DNA of 64,000 bases from an uncultured bacterium (GTDB lineage: Bacteria; Babelota; Babeliae; Babelales; Vermiphilaceae). The position numbers and the translations under genes were made by a program. The DNA lies in assembly GCA_963702025.1 (NCBI GenBank), contig OY969699.1, positions 896,001-960,000 on the forward strand, given 5' to 3'. The notes beneath the pieces were generated by a model. It searched no databases, was not told the DNA's origin, and was given only the letters and a program-made list of their open reading frames with translations. Shown here in pieces: positions 29,453 through 38,651 of the stretch (its first letter is position 1; each line of letters opens with the position of its first letter).

Positions 29453-29536
29453 TACTTCGCTTCTATCAATGTCAAAACTATAATTAAGTCAATCATTTAA
29501 AGAGGCTGGCCTGCCATACGAAGCTTTAGCGAAGTA
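29453..29536. repeat. 84-bp 3'-trailer repeat of tRNA-Lys
   Basis: Identical to 28932-29015. Confidence 0.92.
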
Positions 29537-29612
29537 TGGTGGGCTGCCTTGGAATCGAACCAAGAACCCACAGATTAAGAGTCTGTTGCTCTGCCAATTG
29601 AGCTAGCAGCCC
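29537..29612 (-). tRNA. tRNA-Lys (CTT)
   Basis: Reverse complement GGGCTGCTAGCTCAATTGGCAGAGCAACAGACT-CTT-AATCTGT...GTTCGATTCC...CCA, 76 nt. Confidence 0.96.
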
Positions 29613-29672
29613 ATGCAATTTCAATACTGTATTTGCAGTGTAACAAAAAAGTTTAGTTTCACAAGAGTCTTC

Positions 29673-30260
29673 TTACACTGAACGAACATCTTTTTCTTTT
29701 TTCTGCACCATTTGATCAAGTTGGGCAATAAATTTATCGGTCACTTTTTGCAATACATCTTCTAAACGATTGAAGAAATTTTCCGATATTTTTTTGTCTT
29801 TTTTTGCATCGCGCAAAATATTATTAAATTCTTTGCGCACATCACGAAGCCGCTCCTTGCCTTCATTGCTCTTCTTTTGCAATATTTTCACCAACTCATC
29901 GCGACGGCTCGTGCTCATTTCCGGTAAATTGATTCGAATAATTTTACCATCATTAACCGGCGTTAATCCTGTGTCGGAAGCCAAAATAGCTTTTTCAATG
30001 GGATCGATCATGGAAGTATCCCATGGTTGTATGGTGATCAACCGCGATTCGGGAGCAGCAAGAACCGCCACTTTATTAATGCTCATAGGAGTGCCGGTGT
30101 AGCCAACTACTTGAATGTCTTCAACCAAAGAAGTATGAGCTCTGCCGGTTCTGATTTTCAGCAGTTCGGTTTCAAAATGTTTGATTACTTTTTGCATTTC
30201 AGTTTCCATGGGAGTCTGGAAACTTTTAACGTCATTTTCTATTATTTTAATCTCAGCCAT
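29673..30260 (-). CDS. frr: Ribosome recycling factor
   Basis: IRTGRA, IQPWD, GLTPVNDG. Downstream of pyrH. Confidence 0.97.
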   Translation of the reverse strand: MAEIKIIENDVKSFQTPMETEMQKVIKHFETELLKIRTGRAHTSLVEDIQVVGYTGTPMSINKVAVLAAPESRLITIQPWDTSMIDPIEKAILASDTGLTPVNDGKIIRINLPEMSTSRRDELVKILQKKSNEGKERLRDVRKEFNNILRDAKKDKKISENFFNRLEDVLQKVTDKFIAQLDQMVQKKEKDVRSV

Positions 30261-30272
30261 AATAATCCTTTC

Positions 30273-30980
30273 TTATGTGCTAATTTCACTGCCAAAGCGT
30301 GGATCTTGAGCAGCAGTTATCAACGCATTCGGTTCAAAAATTGAAAATACACGAATTTTTCTTTGATTTTCAGCCGCAAGGGTAAAAGCAGTTGCGTCCA
30401 TGATTCCCAGTCTGTGCTCGAGGGCATAGCCAAAGGTAATTTTATCAAGCTTTTTTGCGTGAGCATCTTTTTTTGGGTCAGATGAATAGACGCCATCAAT
30501 GTGCGATGCTTTCCAAATTTCTTCTGCATTTATTTGTAAGCCACGTAAAACTGCTGTTGTATCGGTGCTAAAAAATGGATTACCGGTTCCACCCGCAAAG
30601 ATGATAGTATCGTCTCTGTTTAATGCATTGTGAATTGCTTGGTCAGAAGTTGGTGCGCCAATTTCTGGGCAGGTGAGTGCGGTCAACAACGAAGCTTTAA
30701 TAGCATGTTGCTCAAGTAAATCTTTGATAATAAGACCATTCATGAGTGTCCCGATAATACCAATTTGATGACCAATAGGTTTGGTTATACCCATTCTTTT
30801 GCCATGTTCATTACCGCGAAAAAAATTTCCCCCGCCTACAACAATGCCGAACTGAATGGTTTTACCAAGTTCTTTTATTTGGGTTATAATGCCATTGATA
30901 ATACTTGGGTCAAGTGTCTGATTTTGCCGCGATAAAAAGGCTTCACCGGTGATCTTTAATAAGATTCTTCTTCTTGCCAT
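30273..30980 (-). CDS. pyrH: UMP kinase
   Basis: RILLKITGEA, VVGGGNFFRG, GTGNPFFSTD. Confidence 0.97.
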   Translation of the reverse strand: MARRRILLKITGEAFLSRQNQTLDPSIINGIITQIKELGKTIQFGIVVGGGNFFRGNEHGKRMGITKPIGHQIGIIGTLMNGLIIKDLLEQHAIKASLLTALTCPEIGAPTSDQAIHNALNRDDTIIFAGGTGNPFFSTDTTAVLRGLQINAEEIWKASHIDGVYSSDPKKDAHAKKLDKITFGYALEHRLGIMDATAFTLAAENQRKIRVFSIFEPNALITAAQDPRFGSEIST

Positions 30981-31576
30981 TATGCACCAACTTGGAAACG
31001 AGAAAACTTTGCAATTTTTATATTTTCACCCGTTTTTGCAATTAATTCTTGGAGCAGTTGGCCAATCGTCATCTTATCGTTTTTAATATAGGCCTGCTCG
31101 AGCAAACAAACTTCGGAATAAACCTTTTTAAGCTTACCTTCTAAAATCTGCTCTAAAACTTTACCCGTTTTGCCTGATTGAGCAAGTTGTTCCTTAATAA
31201 TGTCTTTTTCAGCTTCCACAAATTTGGCATCAACATCTGCTGGTGCAATATACAGTGGCCTCATTGCGGCAATGTGCATGCAGACATTGTGCGCAAATTC
31301 TTTTATTGCATCGGTACGTGCAACAAAATCGGTTTCGCAATTTACTTCGATAAGTACGCCAATCAGTGAGCCTGGATGAATATAGGCATGAACCAAGCCT
31401 TCAGCGGTCGTTTTATCGGAACGTTTTGCTGCAACAGCCGCTCCTTTTTTTCGCAATATTTCGATAGCTTTTTCAATGTCTCCATTTGACTCTTCAAGCG
31501 CTTTTTTGCAGTCCATCATACCAAGACCGGTTCTTTCGCGCAGTTGTTGAATCAGGGCTATATCAATTTTTGCCAT
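30980..31576 (-). CDS. tsf: Elongation factor Ts (short form)
   Basis: LRERTGLGMMDCKKAL, EVNCETDFVA. Confidence 0.98.
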   Translation of the reverse strand: MAKIDIALIQQLRERTGLGMMDCKKALEESNGDIEKAIEILRKKGAAVAAKRSDKTTAEGLVHAYIHPGSLIGVLIEVNCETDFVARTDAIKEFAHNVCMHIAAMRPLYIAPADVDAKFVEAEKDIIKEQLAQSGKTGKVLEQILEGKLKKVYSEVCLLEQAYIKNDKMTIGQLLQELIAKTGENIKIAKFSRFQVGA

Positions 31577-31672
31577 GTTACCCCATGAATAGTAAGGAAT
31601 TTAGTGTAAATATGAGTTAGATATATGAGTTATTGTGCCAAAAATAGGGGTTTTGGCAAGTTTGCATGCGAA

Positions 31673-32311
31673 TCAAACGCCGACAAGCTTTGTTCTCAGC
31701 TTATTGGTTATCTCGGCCATATACTGTTCTAGATTGAATCGATAGACCCAGAAATTGATAACCTGTGCAGATTCGTCGGGATTACGCGACTTTTCGGCTT
31801 TGAGCATATTTTCCATGGAAGTATATACTTCGGCCAGGTATGCTTTAAGCCTATCCCTTAAAATGTTAAATTCAGATGTTAGATTATAGCGAATGCCAAG
31901 ATTGGTGATTATTTGTAATATAATGGGTAATTTTTGTCGTGCTTTTTGGAGCATATACGGATCATCTTGAATGTTAATAATCATCTGCATCAGTTCAAGC
32001 ATATTATTTTGGATAATCTGGATATCATTATAAATTTCACGATTTTTTGCAAAATCTCCCGGTAATGACCCGGGTGAGATTTGGAGCCCGGCAATTGTTC
32101 GCACTTCAGGACCTCTTGGCACCCGTTCGGGGTAATTGAGATAGGCTTCTTCAATATCTTCAGGTGTTTCGGTAATGAAAGTGGTTTGTGGGGTCGCCAC
32201 ATAGGTGGTTTGTGGTGTTGTTGCTATATAGGCAGCAAATGCAGAAGTGGCTAGAAATAGTATTCTAGCCACTATAAATGCGAATATAATTTTATTGATA
32301 CTGCACGTCAT
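31673..32311 (-). CDS. Exported hypothetical protein with Thr-rich N-terminal duplication
   Basis: Signal peptide and YIATTPQTT-YVATPQTT tandem motif. Confidence 0.7.
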   Translation of the reverse strand: MTCSINKIIFAFIVARILFLATSAFAAYIATTPQTTYVATPQTTFITETPEDIEEAYLNYPERVPRGPEVRTIAGLQISPGSLPGDFAKNREIYNDIQIIQNNMLELMQMIINIQDDPYMLQKARQKLPIILQIITNLGIRYNLTSEFNILRDRLKAYLAEVYTSMENMLKAEKSRNPDESAQVINFWVYRFNLEQYMAEITNKLRTKLVGV

Positions 32312-32319
32312 GATTTTGC

Positions 32320-33069
32320 TTATTTATTTAACAGGGCATCGATTTTTTGCTCAAGAGCTTTAATTTCATTGTAATAGAGCTTTTCTTTTTGTTTATCGAT
32401 AGCATTTTTTAAGTTATCGACATTGCCTTCTAACTTTGAAACGAGTGAATTCAACTCGGAAGCGCCTTTATCCAAAAGATTTTTGCCGACCGATTTTGCC
32501 TGTTCTATTTTTGCCTGTGTGCCTGCGATAACTTTTGCCTTAGAGCTTTTAAGCTGCGTGTCTAATTTTTGCTCAAGATCTTGAATGTCACTATAAAGCT
32601 TGTCTTTTTGTTCGCTACTAGCAGTTTTTAAGTCTGCAATTTTACTTTCAAGGTTCTTAATGAAAGAGTTGAGCTCAGCTGCTACTTTGTCTGAAAGAGT
32701 TCGAGTGGCCAGTTTCGCCTCTTGGATTTTAGCTTGCGTGTCCGTTAAAATTTTTGATTTAGAGGCTGCAAGCTTTGCTTCTATTTTTTGCTCGAGCGCT
32801 TTGATATCTGAATAGATATTTTCTTTTTGTTCTTTTGCGGCTTTACGCAAATCCTCTATTTTAGTTTCCAAATTACCAATAAGTGATTTGAGCTCAGAAC
32901 CATTGGGATTTAAAAGATTTTCCGTTGCTGCTTTGGTCTTCTTTAGTTTTGCCACTGTTTCAGCTAGAACCTTTGTCTCATAATTAATATCGGGTGTCTC
33001 GGCCTTTTCTAATGACTGGGCTAAGTGTGGAACCCCTAAAAGTAGAGCAGTTACTAACATTTTCTTCAT
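32320..33069 (-). CDS. Exported amphipathic-helix repeat protein (about 2.6 x 73-aa repeats)
   Basis: AGGAG RBS, signal peptide, repeats beginning SELKSL / AELNSF / SELNSL. Confidence 0.8.
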   Translation of the reverse strand: MKKMLVTALLLGVPHLAQSLEKAETPDINYETKVLAETVAKLKKTKAATENLLNPNGSELKSLIGNLETKIEDLRKAAKEQKENIYSDIKALEQKIEAKLAASKSKILTDTQAKIQEAKLATRTLSDKVAAELNSFIKNLESKIADLKTASSEQKDKLYSDIQDLEQKLDTQLKSSKAKVIAGTQAKIEQAKSVGKNLLDKGASELNSLVSKLEGNVDNLKNAIDKQKEKLYYNEIKALEQKIDALLNK

Positions 33070-33245
33070 AGAATTCTCCTTTTATCATATATTTATATAT
33101 TATCTAATTGTAATTATAGCAACGTGAATTGGGCCAAATCAAGAGATTTGTCAACATTAGTTATTCTTTGATATTATTTACAAATAGAAACCAATTGTGT
33201 TACCTTATAAGAAGAAGAGATTTTGATCTGCAAAAGGAGTAGAGA

Positions 33246-33851
33246 ATGAGGTTTAGAGCATTTTTTTTATTATTTTTACCCCTCATGCTCAATGGCATGC
33301 AAAAGCCTGAAATGACTGAGCAGCAAAAAGAGGGATTAAAACGTGAAATGGATGCATTAATGGTTGCAGAATTAGACGATGAAGATTTTTTTGCAATGAA
33401 TCTACTTATTAATGAGGCCCCTGACTATTTTGCGCATGAATATACGGCGGCAAATTATTATAGAAATTCTTTACTTGCGTTAGTTGTTTATTGGCAACGT
33501 TTTGATATAGTTGCTAGATTATTAAAACTGGGCGCTGCAGTAAATAAACAAAATGCCGTAGGAATTACTCCTCTCATGTATGCGGTACAGTGGAAAGATG
33601 TTCCGATTATTAACTTGCTGTTGAAAAATGGTGCAGATGTTTCAATAAAGGATAAAGAAGGCAACACGGCACTCCATTTTGCTCGGACACCTGAGGTGGC
33701 CAAAATTCTTTTAGAAGCTGATGCGGATCCTAGCATTACCAATGCCCAGGGATTAACACCATTACAATCTATTCTTAAAAGTAAGGCGGTTAAAGCATAC
33801 CCTACATTGGCAAAAGAAATGGAAGAAGTATTTCAGAGGAAATTAATATGA
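33246..33851 (+). CDS. Exported ankyrin-repeat protein
   Basis: Signal then GMQ. Repeats GITPLMYAV, GNTALHFA. Confidence 0.9.
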   Translation: MRFRAFFLLFLPLMLNGMQKPEMTEQQKEGLKREMDALMVAELDDEDFFAMNLLINEAPDYFAHEYTAANYYRNSLLALVVYWQRFDIVARLLKLGAAVNKQNAVGITPLMYAVQWKDVPIINLLLKNGADVSIKDKEGNTALHFARTPEVAKILLEADADPSITNAQGLTPLQSILKSKAVKAYPTLAKEMEEVFQRKLI

Positions 33852-34495
33852 TAGATAAAAGAATTTATTTGTTGATATTTATCGTTTGTGCGCAGACAGC
33901 TAAAGGCATGGAAATGCCTCTCCAAAAATTGAAAGAAGTAACACTGAGCGAGCAGCAGAAGTTAGATTTGCGACGAGCCATGAGAGAAGCGATTGATGAT
34001 AAAGATATTCCTACCGCACTACGATTAATTGATGAACACCCTGATTATTATGTGAATCACTATTCTTCTTTTGGCCAATCGCTGTTAAATGCTGCAATCC
34101 AAAATAATTTGCCAGAAATTATACAAAAATTGATTCAAAAGGGGGTGAATGTTAATGTGCCCGATGAATTGAAGGAAATTCCTCTGGGTTTAGCTTTTTC
34201 AGCGCAAGATTTTAAGCCGATTAGCCAAATGTTGATTGATGCTGGTGCCGATATAAATATAAGATCAGGCGCCAATGAAACGTTATTATCCTTGGCAATT
34301 AGAAATGTAGAAATTTTTGGCGTCGATCGCATTGAATTTCTTTTACAAAATGGTGCCGATCCCTTATTAAAAAATGATCAAGGCGTAAATGCACTCAGTC
34401 TGATTCGCTCAGTGCAGCCTAAAAATAAACGCGATCAAATAAGAGCTCTTTTTGCAGACTACGGATTTGGTGGTGCAAAACAAAAATTGGAATAA
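33848..34495 (+). CDS. Exported ankyrin-repeat protein
   Basis: Signal then GMEMP, ankyrin repeats, ATGA overlap with the upstream gene. Confidence 0.88.
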   Translation: MIDKRIYLLIFIVCAQTAKGMEMPLQKLKEVTLSEQQKLDLRRAMREAIDDKDIPTALRLIDEHPDYYVNHYSSFGQSLLNAAIQNNLPEIIQKLIQKGVNVNVPDELKEIPLGLAFSAQDFKPISQMLIDAGADINIRSGANETLLSLAIRNVEIFGVDRIEFLLQNGADPLLKNDQGVNALSLIRSVQPKNKRDQIRALFADYGFGGAKQKLE

Positions 34496-34524
34496 TTGGT
34501 TCTTTTTAACCTTTTCATCTTTAA

Positions 34525-34995
34525 TTACGATTTTGTCGTTTCTTTTTCTTGCGCTCTTTTTAATGCGTCTAGTTGCTGTTCTTTTTCTTCTAGTTGTTTT
34601 TCCATACTCACAATTTTCTCAAGATCGATAATGAGTTTTGTGCCAGCGAGTTCCATGTCTAGAAACAGCACGCTAGTCAGTCTAGCTTTCTCATGGGATA
34701 TTTTCTTTTGTCTATCAGCTAAAGGGTTGTTGATATCATTAATATAATCTTCTGTTGATGGGTCGTTTTGAGGATATTTGTCTATTTTATCTTGCTGTAA
34801 GAGAGCGCAATGTGATTCGAGTGCTTTTAAGACATCGGGAGTATTTCCATTATGTAATCGAATGCATTCCGCAAGTCTGCCGTAACCCATATTGAATATT
34901 GTCCCTAAAAATCCTCTAAATTTTTCTTGTTCATTCTTCATGCCGACTATGGTTGAAGCGGTCAAGAGTAGGGCTATGCTGACTATTTTTTTCAT
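34525..34995 (-). CDS. Exported hypothetical protein
   Basis: MKKIVSIALLL...VG-MKN signal. Confidence 0.72.
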   Translation of the reverse strand: MKKIVSIALLLTASTIVGMKNEQEKFRGFLGTIFNMGYGRLAECIRLHNGNTPDVLKALESHCALLQQDKIDKYPQNDPSTEDYINDINNPLADRQKKISHEKARLTSVLFLDMELAGTKLIIDLEKIVSMEKQLEEKEQQLDALKRAQEKETTKS

Positions 34996-35018
34996 ACTAA
35001 ATCCTTTTAATTATGATT

Positions 35019-35570
35019 TTAGTTGTTTTCCAATTGTTTTAAGAATTGTTCATTTTTTTCTTTTTCTGGTCTCAACTCTGCTCTTTTTGCCAAAGATAAT
35101 GCCAGGCGCAAGGCATCCAAATTCTCTTGTAAGGTGAGGCGTGCCTCAACCACTTTGCAAAGAGTTTGCGCACGATATTTACTATTTGATGTTTGTGCAT
35201 CGTTTTTGTCATGGGGTATTGCGGCATCAGAAAGATCAATTTTTTTTGCTGTTTGTTCCATACATGCAGTAAGATATTGGTAAATATTATTGCTATTTTG
35301 GGTTGTAACTGCATATAAGTACCATTCCAATGCTCTTGAAAATAATGTGTTGAGTTCCTGAGCTTCTTTAATAATTGGTTGCATTTGCGTGGCAAAACGG
35401 GGATCTTTGCATTTATTGAGCACTTCTTGGTCAATAGGGCAAAGAATAGATTTTTCATTCAAAATATCCAGCTTTGCTGGTGGTACTCCTGCGTTTTGCT
35501 CAGCTGCTTGTTGCATGGCACCAATATTTGATGCGGCTAGAAGTACTATAATGCTTGCTATTTGTTTCAT
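35019..35570 (-). CDS. Exported hypothetical protein
   Basis: AGGAG RBS and MKQIASIIVLL...GA-MQQ signal. Confidence 0.75.
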   Translation of the reverse strand: MKQIASIIVLLAASNIGAMQQAAEQNAGVPPAKLDILNEKSILCPIDQEVLNKCKDPRFATQMQPIIKEAQELNTLFSRALEWYLYAVTTQNSNNIYQYLTACMEQTAKKIDLSDAAIPHDKNDAQTSNSKYRAQTLCKVVEARLTLQENLDALRLALSLAKRAELRPEKEKNEQFLKQLENN

Positions 35571-35598
35571 CCTAGTCTCCTTTCTTCATATCTGCCAT

Positions 35599-35895
35599 TT
35601 AATGCGGGCCCGTCATGAGAGCAACCAATACGAGTGCCGCGCTCACTAAAAGTACTGCCGCGGCTGCTTTAGCGCCTTCTTCAGAATACTCATAGTTGTA
35701 CCAATAGGGATTGAGGAGAAATGGGTTGTAATAAGGCAATAACGGTTGAGAATAGGTGGTGTAAACGGTGGTAGTAGGGTGGTAATATGGCGTATATGTC
35801 GGATATGGCTGAACATAGGTTGTGGTATACATGGCAGACATATTTGATGTGAGTACTATGCTCAACAATAAGGGTAATAAAGCTGATAATTTCAT
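35599..35895 (-). CDS. Small Tyr/Thr/Pro-rich membrane-anchored protein
   Basis: Start taken at ATG 35895. Signal peptide, low-complexity Y/T/P region, C-terminal TM helix. Confidence 0.7.
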   Translation of the reverse strand: MKLSALLPLLLSIVLTSNMSAMYTTTYVQPYPTYTPYYHPTTTVYTTYSQPLLPYYNPFLLNPYWYNYEYSEEGAKAAAAVLLVSAALVLVALMTGPH

Positions 35896-35905
35896 GAGTA
35901 GATCC

Positions 35906-37651
35906 TTACATTTTAATCGGTTTACTGATTCCCAATAGGTCAAAGGTTAGCGCAAAGGTTTGGCGGAGTAAAGTGATAAGCAATAATCGTCCGCGGCTTT
36001 GATTGATGTTGCTCATTTCAATAACGCGGTTGTGCGCATAATAATGGTGAAAAATATCTGCCAACTCTGTGGTAAAATAGGTCAAATGGTGCGTTTGACG
36101 TGTTGCGGCAATAATTTCCAACAAATGTTTTAACGAGGTAATTTTTTTAAGCAGGAGTGCTTCCGAGCGTCCAAGATGAGCTGCATCGGCACCGGAGATG
36201 TTTGCAAGCTCTTTGTGCTCGGCGGCTTTTTCTAAGATGCTGCCGGTGCGCACGTAGGCATATTGCACATAAAAGACCGGATTTTCTTCCGTTTTTTTGA
36301 GTGCCAAATCAAGATCAAATTCCAATTGCGCATCTGCTTTGCGATTGAGATAAAAAAAACGTGCCACATCGGTGCCCACTTCATCAATCACATCGGTCAA
36401 GGTTACCATGGTGCCGGCCCGTTTAGACATTTGCACCAATTGTCCGCTTGCTTTCATTGTTACTAATTGATAGAGAATTACTGCTAAATCAATGCGAGAA
36501 AGCCCCAGCGCTTGACGAATTCCCTCAAGACGAACTGCATAACTATGATGATCATGCCCCAACACCATTACCAAATGATCAAAGCCCCGTTTTGCTTTAT
36601 CAAGCAGATAGGCAATATCGGCAGCAACATAGGTCCACTCACCGGTTGATTTGCGCACCACACGATCTTTATCATCACCAAATTTAGTTGAGGCAAACCA
36701 GAGCGCATGCTCGTGCTCATAAATAAAATTATGCTCTTGCAAGAGTTTTACGGCGCGTTCAATGGCACCGCTTTCATGCAATGTTTTTTCGGAGAACCAC
36801 ACATCAAAGTGAACTCCGTAGTTGGCGAGCGTTTGTTTAATTTTTTCAAGCAAAAATTCTTTTGCATAATGTTCAAAGAATGAATCGGGGTTATCAATAA
36901 CAGAGTTGCCTTTTTCTTTCACCAACTCTTGCGCAAGATCCAAAAGATATTCGCCACGATAACCATCTTCAGGCAATTGAGCAGCAATACCAGCAGCTTG
37001 TTGGCATCGCACTTTAAACGACTGGCCCAATTTGGCAATCTGGTTGCCCGCATCATTGATATAGAATTCTTTTGTCACCTGGTGGCCAATAAAGGTGAGG
37101 ATATTGCCCAAAACATCACCAATAATGGCGCCGCGACCATGCCCCAAATGCAACGGGCCGGTGGGATTTGCGCTGACAAACTCAATGTCAAAACGATGTT
37201 TGGGCGCATCATCTTCGAGTTTAAAGAAGGCTTCTTTTTGTTTTTCAAGTTCTTGTGCCAAATCATGAATCGCATTTTGGGTAAAATAGGCATTTAAAAA
37301 TCCAGGTCCGGCAATCTCGATTTTTGCAATGTAGGGATGTTTAAATGTATCGATTATTTCTTGCGCAATTTGACGCGGGTTTACCCGTCCGTGCATGGTG
37401 AGCTCGTCGAACCATGCTTGTTGCTGGCGCTCGAATGGTTCGACGAGCTCACCACGAGCGGCTACATTTGTTTTTTCGGAGAGGACTTTTGCCAACACCA
37501 TGGCAGCATTACTATTTAAATCGCCAAACTCCGCTTTTTTAGGCTCAACATTCAGTATAAAATTACATAAGTGCGTTTCTTGCTCCGTTATCCCGAACGT
37601 TTTTTGAAGATAAGAAGAAAACGCAGTTTGTATATGGCTAATGGGATTCAT
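35906..37651 (-). CDS. argS: Arginine--tRNA ligase carrying an in-frame palindromic insertion
   Basis: IAGPGFLN, EFVSANPTGPLHLGHGR (HIGH), MSKRAG, NPVFYVQYA. Confidence 0.98.
   Translation of the reverse strand: MNPISHIQTAFSSYLQKTFGITEQETHLCNFILNVEPKKAEFGDLNSNAAMVLAKVLSEKTNVAARGELVEPFERQQQAWFDELTMHGRVNPRQIAQEIIDTFKHPYIAKIEIAGPGFLNAYFTQNAIHDLAQELEKQKEAFFKLEDDAPKHRFDIEFVSANPTGPLHLGHGRGAIIGDVLGNILTFIGHQVTKEFYINDAGNQIAKLGQSFKVRCQQAAGIAAQLPEDGYRGEYLLDLAQELVKEKGNSVIDNPDSFFEHYAKEFLLEKIKQTLANYGVHFDVWFSEKTLHESGAIERAVKLLQEHNFIYEHEHALWFASTKFGDDKDRVVRKSTGEWTYVAADIAYLLDKAKRGFDHLVMVLGHDHHSYAVRLEGIRQALGLSRIDLAVILYQLVTMKASGQLVQMSKRAGTMVTLTDVIDEVGTDVARFFYLNRKADAQLEFDLDLALKKTEENPVFYVQYAYVRTGSILEKAAEHKELANISGADAAHLGRSEALLLKKITSLKHLLEIIAATRQTHHLTYFTTELADIFHHYYAHNRVIEMSNINQSRGRLLLITLLRQTFALTFDLLGISKPIKM
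37385..37462. repeat. Palindromic element inside argS
   Basis: Perfect 20-bp inverted repeat TGGTGAGCTCGTCGAACCAT (37396-37415) / ATGGTTCGACGAGCTCACCA (37435-37454) with a 19-nt loop. Confidence 0.92.
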
Positions 37652-37740
37652 AAATTAATGACTCTTTTTTTAAATGTTTCTGCTATTATACTAAGCATTC
37701 TAGCAAGAAACTATAAAGTTGTCAGATAAGGAGATCACTA

Positions 37741-38142
37741 ATGAATTATGTGTTTTCTATTGTTATGGGCATACTGCTTTTCATGCAGTTGGGCGCCTTT
37801 GGCATGGGGCATGAAATAAAACTAGAATCAGATACAAAGGAGATCCTTGATCTCTTAAAACGGAATAAAGAATCCGATCCCAATGTAGGCATTATTTTAT
37901 GTCTGATTCTTGAGAAAGATCCCCGATTGGCTAATTGCAAAGACGATAAGGAACATACCCCTTTATGGCACGCTGTTACCAATAAAACTTTTTGGGCAAT
38001 AGATCCCTTACTTAGATACGGTGCCGAGCCCGACTATGGGGCATTTGATCGCGCTAAAAACTATTCTGTCCCCGAATGCAAGCAGCTGAAAGATGCATAT
38101 CTGGCAAAAATTAAAAAAGCTGAATCGGGAAGCAAATTGTAG
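37741..38142 (+). CDS. Small exported ankyrin-repeat protein
   Basis: AGGAG RBS, signal then GMG, HTPLWHAV...LLRYGAEP. Confidence 0.8.
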   Translation: MNYVFSIVMGILLFMQLGAFGMGHEIKLESDTKEILDLLKRNKESDPNVGIILCLILEKDPRLANCKDDKEHTPLWHAVTNKTFWAIDPLLRYGAEPDYGAFDRAKNYSVPECKQLKDAYLAKIKKAESGSKL

Positions 38143-38189
38143 TCTTGATTAACATAAATTATCTATAAAACCTCATAACAATTAAGGAT

Positions 38190-38588
38190 ATGTCTATGAA
38201 ACGCGCAGCGGTGTTTACTGCTTTTGCAATGTCATTACTATTTTCACCATCATCTCATGGTATGGAACCAAATGAAGGTAAAGTACGATTACTATCAGTA
38301 TCTATAAGTCATTTACGAACCCTTTATGACTATGATCTTCCTCATGAATGTTTGGCAGGTTTTTTGTTAAAAGCTCGCGAGGACATCAAAAATTGTGATT
38401 CAAATGAATTTATGCAATTTCTGGCGCAACGAAATGTTGAAATTACTAAGGAACCTATAAAAGATGAATCAAAAGAAGATACCAGTGCCCAAGAAATAAA
38501 AGCTGAAGCTCCCCTGAACAGGATTTTGAACACCGTAAATCATGTGCAACCGGCTTTGCACCAATCCGGCTGTTCACCCGAAGATTGA
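38190..38588 (+). CDS. Exported hypothetical protein
   Basis: Signal ending SHG-MEP. Confidence 0.7.
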   Translation: MSMKRAAVFTAFAMSLLFSPSSHGMEPNEGKVRLLSVSISHLRTLYDYDLPHECLAGFLLKAREDIKNCDSNEFMQFLAQRNVEITKEPIKDESKEDTSAQEIKAEAPLNRILNTVNHVQPALHQSGCSPED

Positions 38589-38651
38589 TGTTTCAAACTG
38601 AAATTATGAATTTTAAAAATCCCTGCTATACTTTGTATACAGGGGTTTTTT

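Noticed and set aside
28900..29540. Direct repeats near the tRNAs considered as a CRISPR array or prophage att sites
   Set aside because: Only 2-3 long copies, no regular repeat-spacer periodicity, and no cas, integrase or phage genes in the window.
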